From Rhodosorus marinus CCMP1338 (taxonomy: Eukaryota > Plantae > Rhodophyta): a stretch of 64,000 bases of DNA. Location: assembly GCA_029953675.1 (NCBI GenBank), contig JAMWBK010000002.1, positions 2,604,001-2,668,000 on the forward strand. Reading direction: 5' to 3'. How positions within the stretch are numbered: position 1 is the first letter of the stretch; each line of letters starts with the position of its first letter. Shown here piece by piece: positions 24,361 through 34,031 of the stretch. The translations under genes were made by a program, and so were the position numbers. Under the pieces are notes generated by a model. That model saw only the letters and a list, made by a program, of their open reading frames with translations, made no database searches and was not told the origin of the DNA.

Positions 24361-26119
24361 TGTTAACAATAAACGACAAGACTAGTGCCTTGGCGTTTAT
24401 TAATACACAACATTCGTCATCGATTTTGGGCTAGATCATGTCCATTCCCTCTCCAAAAAACCTCAAAATTCGCCATAATCGTGAACACCGGCACGAAAGA
24501 CTCTTCAAAAAGGACAAACAATTTCCAGCTCCTAATTTGAAATACGTCCATCCTCCCTAGTTCTGAGAGAGGCCGTGAGCTCTCGCCTTCATTTCAATGA
24601 ACAGAACGGAATACTGGCTTTTCGAAAACAACACTTATAGGCCAGTCATCGCCTTAACAATCTATTTTTTGGTTTTTTTCCTTGTCCATTGCGTTTTCCC
24701 TGAAAATCTCGGACACTGCCCTCATTTTTGAAAAACCCGATATGGACAAAAATATCAAAAACTCAACAACGTTTCGTTTCCTCCGTGCATACTTTTTTGG
24801 CCGAAAAACAAAAATTTAAGAGAGAGATTTTTCGATAATTTTGGAGATGTGTGTTGGATATATATATTTTTGGGTCCAGGTGGCCCCCCAGACGCAAAAA
24901 TCCTCCAACTTATTCTCCTACGCAAAAAAGAAATCATTTTTTTCCTCTTGCACTAAAAATATCGCTGTCTGCTATCGTCTCGGGTTCGTTGCAAAAAACG
25001 ACCACAGATGCGAATTGTTTTTGGTGTTTTTTTTTTGCTTAATTGGGGCGCGGGAAAGAATTGTGGTCCCTTGAAAACAGCATCCAGTGCACATGCAATA
25101 TTGTTTGGAGGAAATAATTACATATAATTAAGCGGACAGGCTTTTTGATTTGATGAAAGGGTTGTTAAAAACAGAAAGTGGCGGTCATGTTTTTTTTTCT
25201 GGTTTACGGGAAGAATGAATGACAAATGTAGAACAAACAAAAAAAGCTATCCACGGAACATCTGGACGAAAGCACAACCAAAAGTTGGGCCAGCCTCCAC
25301 AAAGCTTTTTTTGGAAATTTAATGACAGCTGAGGGTCAACGGATGGTCATTGGTTGTAAAAGCATACCTCAATATTTTATTGGTACATACTCTTCTATAT
25401 TTGAGAAATTCATCGGCAATATTCGATTGAGCTCAGACGAGAGACGCTTTTCTTTTCAGATGACCTGATTTGAATTTCTTTTTTGAACGCGAAAATGTAT
25501 TATTCCGTTTGGAATCGATTCATTTGAATCGAATGTTTGTCTTTAAAAATTATGTAGAAGAAAGCCGAAAAATTGACACAAGGATTAATTCCATCACGTG
25601 GTAATGGGCAGCAGCAAAAACAGACATTCCGAGATCTCGGTTCCTTTTTTTTTAAAACGTAAGTGCCTTTTTGAGGTGAATTGGAGCAGAAGAGCACACA
25701 GTGTCTGCTGCTGGTCCACAGCTTTCGTGAAAAGCAATAAACTTTGGTAGTCCAAGTTAAAACCCATGGTTGATTATAGGGCGATGCTTTTTTCGCAATT
25801 TCTAGTTTTGGCTGCCCCCTTCCTAGCGTGCCTCATTCAGGGATCTTAGATCCCGATGAAAACGATCGGTCTGATTTCGCGGTGTGTCTGTTCGCGGGTC
25901 TTTTCTAACCCGTTGCAGGAATTTGGGGATTCGAAGAATCGCAAAGCAGAACGTAAAAACGTACTCTTGAAAGTTCCGAATCCGAATCAATTTCGAATAG
26001 GCATATGCGCTTCCGTCACAGGGGGGGGGGGAAAGGAACGGGCATGATGCATCATCACCATGCATTGATAGTTCATCATCGACTATCCAGAGACAAAAAC
26101 CCTTGAAGGGGACCCCTAA

Positions 26120-26350
26120 GTCGAAGAGAGAAAACTGGCCTATTAACATGTTGGGGAAGTAGCGAATCGTCGAAGGTCGGGATCTAGACACACACGAGGT
26201 CACACACTCTTTGCTTTTGCCTGCATGTCGGTATTGCTGGAGCTCAATGCCAACCCGGAAGCGCCAATCGAAACTCGATCACCAGACAGTCTTCGAGACC
26301 TTGCTAGCAAACGAGATAGAACGACGTCTTGCTTACTAGCCTGGATATGT
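26120..26350 (+). pseudogene. Possible decayed ankyrin-repeat fragment
   Basis: One frame reads RGHTLFAFACMSVLLELNANPEAP, resembling GxTPLHxAC...LLLExGANPN with a deletion. No start codon or exon context. Confidence 0.2.
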
Positions 26351-26819
26351 CGCGTTTCGGCTACGATCTGCCGACCGCTGCGATGACACCACTTGGACCA
26401 TGCAGAGGACTAGACAGTCCCAGCGAAGAGGCGCCAGTCTTCCAACAGCAATACCACTAAAGATCGAAGAATCTGAACAACAGAATTGAATGCCAACTTC
26501 TCTATTCTTGGCCAATTTCGAGGAAAGACCCCGCGGTAGTAGCGAAAACTTCTCCGCGCTTCATGGGAATCAACCGCGTTTTCAAATTATACCGGGCACT
26601 ATCACAGTGGCCTTAAGTTTCTACGCAGAACCAAACACGTGACAAATTTTCAGAGGCCGGTGCGATCCCCCTCAAGGTCCAATCGCTACTTGCCACAGTA
26701 ATTGATTGGCATACAGTTCCCACCCAACTCGTCAAGCCGAAAAAGCTCCTCACTCCAACTCGTCAAGCCAAAAAAATCGATTTGTGTGAAAAGGTAATGC
26801 AGGTTGTGCACCCCTAAGG

Positions 26820-27545
26820 GTTTTCATGGCCACACAGTTACCACCAAATTGAAGAGCCAAGACCCAAGCCTTGGCTAGCAGGGGAATAACAAACCAGCCG
26901 AATATAAATGGAAAACAGCTTATCAATTCAATACCCCTTGGCGCTCCCATTGAAGCCATGTGTATGCTAACCCTGGTACAACGGGCGACGACCCAAATTA
27001 ACCCCCCCCTTAAAGAGTGTTCTTTCTTGGATACCGAAGCATCCCCAGGGAGCTCAATCATTTCACGCGGTGGCGTTCAGATGCAATCCGAACAAAAAAA
27101 AAATTCCGATACGCAAGAATAAAGAACGCCAAAAAGTCGGATCGTCCCCCCCCTTACCCAACCTGAAAGGCAAACTAAGTGACCCGAGCAGACACAACAA
27201 TTCAATTTAAGCACTTTTTCAAATGGGTACCCAGTAGTTACCTTTCACACAACATCGTACTTCGAAGCGATTTGAACCGCTCAACATTGAGCCCCGCAAA
27301 ATCCACATGTGAAAGTGTATGCCGTTTGTTCCTTAGGGGTATATCTTGCAATACAATTTGAAACAAAGTTTGCGCAGAATCTTGTCCTGAATGAAGACAT
27401 TCCGTATTTGTACATATAGAAAAAGCCCTACTGAAATTGCAATCCGACGAGAACAAATTCGATGCAGACCCCTTGCCACAATAAAACGCAAGAAATTGTT
27501 GTTCTAAGTTTGATGGAAATCGCGTCTCGATCACCAATCATATTC
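26820..27545 (+). mobile_element. Possible second, very old RT/RNase H relic
   Basis: HSYHQI (26832-26849), PAEYKWKTAYQFNTPW (about 26894-26941, cf. DxWKTAFxTP) and PLKECSFLDTE (cf. KCxFxxTEV) in different frames. Confidence 0.33.
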
Positions 27546-29532
27546 GATCACCATCTAGCATGAGGGAAATGTCAACGAAATACTTATTTTCTTCTGAATT
27601 CATAACTAGGTGCTCCATTTCAATCAAGCCTCGTTGTACATAAACTTTTCACGGGGGAATCGGAAATCCCTCAAAACTAATCATTTTGGAAGGATTTACG
27701 GTCTTTTGAAGGAACGAAACCAAGCAAAACACAAAGGGGTGATATTCTATATTTCCTCATTGACAGATGTTTTCTAGTCCTCATTGGTTGGTATTTTTTG
27801 TCTTTTCCCTAGCTACCACGTTTGCCTTGAAATTGTTTTTGGGCACTAATGGGCATATCGGTTTTTACAAAACTCCTCTTCCGCAATAGAAAGTAAGCAA
27901 AAATTAATGCAGAATCCAGCCGTTACGAACCGCAGGTAGTGAGATTTTTTTTCGTTGCTTTCGGCGCCCTTCTTTTGTTTTTGCGGCTGCGCAGGCCTCG
28001 CGTTCTCACTATGTCATAACCGGCAGAAAAATTAAAACAAATAACAGAAACTAGGGTCGGGAGAGCGCGAAGAAATTTTTTTTCGGCCAGGACTTTTCTT
28101 CTTCTTCCTCCGGTGGACTTTTTCAAATCAAATATTTCTTTGTTACGAATTTTCATTCATTCCCTACGCAAAACCGTCTCGAGAGGGGGGGAGAGAGAGT
28201 GAGAGACAGTGTCTCCACTACTCTACGATTATTTCTCAAAGAATGACATCCTCGTATTCAATGAATTAGTGAATTATTTTTGCTGTATGCTAGGGCGATA
28301 AAGGGAACGAACAAAAGACAAAAATTGAGGTAATGGCCTTCAAAAAAAGTCTAGTCGAGACGAACCCTGGCTTTTTGAGCAAATGGAAAAAAACGAGCCT
28401 TAGCCTTTTCCCCCCGCCCGGAAATAATGGATAAATATGAAAACTTGAGGAATACTCGCGGAAGCTAGTTTCCAAGCCACATAGCTCGGTTGTGCCCCCT
28501 ACCAATAGTGTCAAAAAAACGAAATTGACCGAGGAAACGATTGAATAAAAATTTTCGTTTTCGGTGTTTTGCGAAAAGAGCAAAAAAATCCTTCCCGAAC
28601 AGACACGACAATTGCCATTCTTTCATATTCTCCTCAATCTCAAGAAGGAACCCCTCTCCTCAATAACCATTTGCTAATTACTCTTGTTTTTAATTTATGA
28701 TTTTCATGTTTGACTCCCCTCGTGTATAACTGAAAAAGAGGGAAAGTTGAGGGTGTTATCTTGAAAAACATATGTTTTTATGGAGGATGCTTAAATATTT
28801 GAGAAAACCCATGTCCAGCGGTTAGGGTTCGGGGGAAATGAATTGTTTCGTGGGGTGTGTTTTTCGGTAATTTTGTGTGTTTTGCATTGAACAAAATAAA
28901 CGGAAATAACAAACGCACCTTTTACTAGGTATTCCCCTGCTCTTGACTGGCTGTTGGAGGGGTGTGGCCCCGTCTTCCCCCCCTTGTTGGAGTTCGCTAA
29001 CTATTGGGAGTTGAAGAGGGTTTGATTTGGAAGGCCATGAATGAAACTGGAATGTCTTGAATTGTATGAGTTTAATAGGGCTTCTTACCGTTCAACGGGC
29101 ATTGATGAGTAGCAGTTGCAAGTTTGTCTTCGGGGTATTGGAGATCAAAATTTGAATGGAAAGGGGTTTTCCATACTCAGTGTCTGTCTGTCCTGCGCTT
29201 GGTTCCGCGGGAAACTGTGTGGAAAAAGAAAGCATTATTAGGGTTTCGCTCGATCAGCTCGATGCAATACGATCCCGAGTTGTTTTTGTCTTGATGGGGT
29301 TCGGGTTTGTCTGACCTTTCGATGGGAAATTTTGAATGGTGAATAACTAGCATCCAATGAGAGTCGTCATCGAAAGCGCTCGATCAACATTCCCTTCCCG
29401 AATTGTCCTTGCCGGCGCAGGGGAGACTTGTGTGGCAGGCGGATAGGCCGGACCCAAAATCTCATCCAAAATTGAAACTCAATCCGCATGAGTATTTTGC
29501 TTGATCAGCGGCTGCGCCGTGTATCCAAAGGG

Positions 29533-29540
29533 TATATAAA
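29533..29540 (+). promoter_or_regulatory. TATA box of the zinc-finger gene
   Basis: TATATAAA about 100 bp upstream of ATG 29641. A CCAAT lies at about 29354. Confidence 0.6.
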
Positions 29541-29640
29541 GGCTGCAGTGCCCAAAGCCATTGATGGTAGCGCGATCGCGGCTGGGTAAAGGTTCCTAAG
29601 CAGACCTGACTAGGCATTTAGAAGTTGCATCTACGTAATC

Positions 29641-30054
29641 ATGGGTCGGAACAAGGTTTATTCGTGCAAGGCGGAAGGATGTGAGAAGGTGTTTGTATCC
29701 CTGCAAGGATTCAAGGAGCACACGAAGGAACACGGCGCGATTCGGTACGAATGCCCAATGAAGGGGTGCGGCAAGAGCTTCAAATGGCGATCCAGTCTGG
29801 CGTCTCACAAGAAATCGCATCAAGTGAAAGCGAAGAAGTATGAGATTGAAACCTTGTCTGTGAGCGACTCGGCCTCTGAGACAGAAAGCGTACCAGGGTC
29901 TCCCCTGTCGTTCGGATCTCTCGTGGAGGACTTTGATATGTGTCACAAGACGATGTTTGACTACGGCGACGACTTATCGGCTTGTCGCAAGCAAGACAGC
30001 CTTTATTTGATTGCAACGGAGAACCTTTGCTCGCCAACGGCATGGGACATTTGA
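29641..30054 (+). CDS. Small C2H2 zinc-finger protein (2 fingers plus acidic/Ser-rich tail), probable transcription factor
   Basis: YSCKAEGCEKVFVSLQGFKEHTKEH and YECPMKGCGKSFKWRSSLASHKKSH. Intronless 137-aa ORF with an upstream TATA box and AATAAA at 30087-30092. Confidence 0.9.
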   Translation: MGRNKVYSCKAEGCEKVFVSLQGFKEHTKEHGAIRYECPMKGCGKSFKWRSSLASHKKSHQVKAKKYEIETLSVSDSASETESVPGSPLSFGSLVEDFDMCHKTMFDYGDDLSACRKQDSLYLIATENLCSPTAWDI

Positions 30055-31779
30055 TCATAGGTTACCTACTGCGCAATCGTTTGTACAATAAAACTTAAGT
30101 TATCAATATCTACTCAGGGGCCCCTTATCTTGCGAGCTCGCCTGTGTGGGTGATGGCACCAGTGAAAAGTCAGTGCCTGGGGTCGATTCTGGGACCTGGT
30201 CAGAACGATCCACGACGTAGAGAAGAGCGCGTTGACGTCTGAACTACGGAGCGCAACCATCCCTTCGAACTGGGATGTTTGTATTCCTGCCCTTGAAGTG
30301 ACCTTGGATCTTCTACCAGATCCGCTTTTCACATGCGGTGACTCCACCAACGGCTGCATGGAGAGCCAGGAAGAGCACCGTACACATAAACCAACTCTCC
30401 CCGCGATACTCAAGCCGCTCACTCTCCCGGACGAACGCCACAACTCAAGTTTGGCAGCAACCGAAAATGCGCTCAAAAAAGTATTCCCCACTCCGTCAGA
30501 CTCCGCAACACCCTCCAAACAAAATCCGCTCATGGAACTTCCACGCACCAACCCACCAGAACCTAGCCATTTGCCAAAGGTCTTCCAATTCTACAATTCA
30601 ATTCCAACTGTTGATTACTTTCAAATCACATCAGTAAATCAGGTTGAAAATGTTTAAGGTTTCATTATTGATATCAAATAACCTATACATGTATTGATGT
30701 AGAGCGTAAAAACTAAGCTACAAACCTGCTTGTCTCCCAAATCGTTTAAACTGACCTTTTATGGCATTATTGATAAAATATTATAGATTATATTATATAT
30801 ATTGAGTATTTGCTTCGAATGGTATATTCGAGCCAACGACAACCATATTTCTGACAACACTTAAAAACTGCCGTACAATTCCATCTCTTGTTTTTAGCAA
30901 AAAAGATTATCTGTGTCGTACAATTCATGGTCTTTGTTTGTTTTAGAAAAAAAGTTGATTTGGAAGAAGCTGAGTAGGTCCGGTTTTGGATTGGTCCGTT
31001 TGCATGTCGAGGATCGGATTGCTGGTGTGCGGTATCGAATTGGACGCGTGGATGCGTGGAAATGTGGCCACGTAGGGAAACTTTCTTGTACGGAAATGGG
31101 AGGTGATTGTTTTTTTCATGGCTTTCCAGTTTTGACCACGAGAAAAAGGGGGGAAGGTCGGCAGTGGGGGAGAAAGGAAAGGTGGGAGGGGGTGGGAGAG
31201 ACAAAAAACAACTATCTTTGAGCTCCGCGCGCTTTGTAGTTTTTTTGCCTTTTTTGTTTTGGTTTTTCAAGGAACTCGACTTGGGTTCTTCCTCTAGGGT
31301 AGCCCTCGCATGGAGTACTGAACAAACTACCACAACGACGGCGTCGATTGGTTGAATGGCAGTACCCGAAACACGTAGGCACGAAAAGGGTAGAAAACGG
31401 AACAGCATACACACGCCGTGAATAGATGGAGAGGATGAATTCAACACGAATTTCATTTTGCTTGTGCGGGAGCAAACAAAAATATCCGTCAGAATTTTCT
31501 CTAAGGACCCGTCCTTCGAATTTCAACAGGTTACCGAAGGTTAATTTCTTTTCTGCGTGTTCGCGAATATCAATTGCAGACTTCACCTTTTGTTCCCGCG
31601 TTTCCCTCTCTCCTCGCTCCCTCCAAATGTCTCCCCACCTTTTTGTCGAACGAACTTCTGTGTACCCCATGAAAGAAATCAAAACCCAAGCTCTCAAAAG
31701 ATCCCACCACGAAATACAACGCAAAATCCGTTGAGCAGTCATCCTCCATAGTCAGTTTGTTCGAGTTGCCTTTATGGCG

Positions 31780-32300
31780 GTGCTAACTTCAGTGACTCCC
31801 TATACTGTTTTCTTCTCTATCAACAGCGTGCTTGTAGTGGACCGCTTGAGGCAATCCTTTTGTGTACAAATGGACTCAGCCCATGGTAGCTTAACAGGAA
31901 CAGGACCCTGTTTTTTTGAGACATATCCGCCGGCTTCATGTGCCTCGAAAGTGCATGGAGGTGTTCTGGGCCAGAAGAAATGGGTTCTAGCACCCATTGC
32001 TTTCAAGTTCGTTTGTCGACTATGGAAATGTGCGCATCTAGTCCGTTTTAAGCTTGTGGACCTTGAAAGACTACTGGTGCGGGACCCGGTCCTGACGAGG
32101 GCCCTCCCACAAACCATAACTGATCAACTTTCTGGACAGCCGCCGCTCCCCATGCAGTGACCATAAGACATAAGCTTTTCCGTCATCAGCCCTCGCACGT
32201 TTCCACTTCAATTCAGCGGGAAGCAGTTCGGCTGAAGACGAGAAGCCCGGGATCCAGGTATCCCCTGTGTGCTTGACGACCTGTGTCAGGGGTCCTCCCT
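31780..32300 (-). mobile_element. Possible third Gypsy integrase relic
   Basis: HGERRLSRKLISYGLWEGPRQD (cf. Zn-finger region H-G..R....L.SY.WWPG.RQD), then NGLDAHISIVDKRT*K (cf. DAILVVVDRFTK) and LFLLSYHGLSP (cf. LF......HGLP), with stops and frame changes. Confidence 0.3.
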
Positions 32301-32317
32301 GAGACGTGACGTTTAGG

Positions 32318-32574
32318 GACAACATCACAAGAACAGCTTCAACCTCAAGCCACCCACTACTCCACTTCCACAGCACAGAATCATGTACGCGAGCGGGTTT
32401 TTTTCCAATGTTGAACAGGGGAGGACGATGAGGAGGAAGCAAGAAAAGTAATCGTTCGTTCTTGTCCAAACTCTCTCCTTCCATCTGACTTCTGGGCTCT
32501 CGGTGGGACTTGATTCAGCTGCCGAAGTGGAGTAGTGGGTGACTTGATGTTGAAGCTGTTCTCCTGATGTTGCC
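32318..32574 (-). repeat. Long inverted repeat (57-bp arms, 50/57 identical, 143-nt spacer); candidate hairpin RNA
   Basis: Left arm 32318-32374 versus the reverse complement of 32518-32574. The stem extends imperfectly to about 32308-32585. Confidence 0.92.
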
Positions 32575-32746
32575 ACTGAAACATCGTGTTGTGGCATGGA
32601 CAAATTCCATACTCCAAAGTCCCCAGACGGACGAACGAAGAAAATGTGTATTGAAATTATTTCATTAGGGCCGCGGTTAAGCCCCCCTTTCCTGCATTTT
32701 GACACAGTATCTCAGCCAGGTGCAAAACTGAATAAATGTATTCTAA

Positions 32747-33806
32747 TTATTTTATTCCGGCCAGCCTTGGCCCGTTGTTCATTTTGATCAGTCCAGATGG
32801 TACAGCGGGAAAAGTCATCGGGGCTAGTTTGTGGAACTTTTTGAAGCGGTCAGGGTCTGGAAGAGATGGAAACTGAGGATGTCAATCCCTCCTTACCAAC
32901 GCTTCCGCGTGTCTCGTGAGCCTTCCATAGTCTGCAACTATGGTGAGACATCTCCTGTACAGAAGCACGGGCAGGTTTTGGCCAGACGTGGGTCACATCG
33001 AAAGCTTGTATGACCAGTGTTGGCGTTCGTCCAAGGCCAGGAGCAAGACATTGCATGAATGTTTCCAACTCGAATACATTGGGCACGCGTTCCGGTGTCT
33101 CGAACCGCAGGAGGCGGAGCTCAGCTGCCCTAATTTTTGAGGGCAGCTCTTTCCCTGCGTCGAAGGTGGTTCTCCCTTCTCGGGGTTGTTAGCTCTCAAT
33201 TACTCAATCTCGTGCCGCTCGAGCTACTTTGGATGTTCAATCCGCTCGAGACACTGGAACACGAGCAAAACGTAGCGCTTAAGGCGATGTTAGTAAAACC
33301 CCCACCAATGCATTGGAGTCAACAGCGGAAGGAAACCGAGGACTACGAGTATTGGTGCTCTCGATAATTATGACATGCTTGCCGTTGTGTCATATAAGTA
33401 AGAGAGACCTATTTATGATTCAGAAACACAAGAATAACGACGCAAAACCTTCCTCTGAGAGTGGGACTCTTGCCTTCCCATCTCGCGTCGACTAGGGCCC
33501 TGTTATAAAGACGGCTTTCTGAGAAGAGCGGACCGGCAGCCAGGAAAGATAAGATCGCTAGAGATAGAATTTGTCGCTATGTAAACTAGAGCACCAAAAT
33601 CTGAGTGTAGAACAGGAGATAGTCCAGCTGAGTATCCACAGCTCTGAGCTGTCCACGAGCAACCTCGACGAGCTCGTCTGGTGAATATCATCTGGAATAG
33701 AACCTCCAAAACAGGATTGCAGCTTTCGAGAGGTGTGCTGTGAATGACTCACCGCTGTTTGGGTGTCAAGGATGTTCGCTTCTGAGCGCGATCTCAACGC
33801 TGTCAT
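32747..33806 (-). CDS. Candidate uncharacterised spliced gene divergent from TRAPPC9 (model incomplete)
   Basis: Stop-free 279-nt segment 33175-32897 (RTTFDAGKELPSKIRAAELRLLRFETPERV...AFDVTHVW) preceded by CTAAC..AG and followed by GTAAGG. The possible last exon is 32856-32747. Upstream exons could not be joined cleanly, and the implied last intron is only 40 nt. Confidence 0.3.
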
Positions 33807-34031
33807 GTAGAAGGCTTCATTGAGAAGTGCTACAGAGAAGACTTGTGTAAACGAGTTTGGACGAATAGAAGAAGAGAAATTTTGACTTGGTAGAGAATGA
33901 TCGAGAGGTGATCGGTTATCGGCGGGGGGAGGTTCAGGAGCGGAGCGTTTCTGTGTTCGAGTTCAGGAGGTTAAGGAGCCGAGCAACTGACAGAACGCAC
34001 CTCGCCGAAGTTGTATCTGCGGGAGACACAA

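Noticed and set aside
28764-28779. 16-bp palindrome AAAAACATATGTTTTT (also a 9-bp stem at 33123-33148)
   Set aside because: Low complexity or short; expected by chance in AT-rich sequence.
30114-30657. Overlapping 141-145 aa ORFs on both strands downstream of the zinc-finger gene
   Set aside because: No recognisable motifs, composition driven by C/A skew, and no clear start context.
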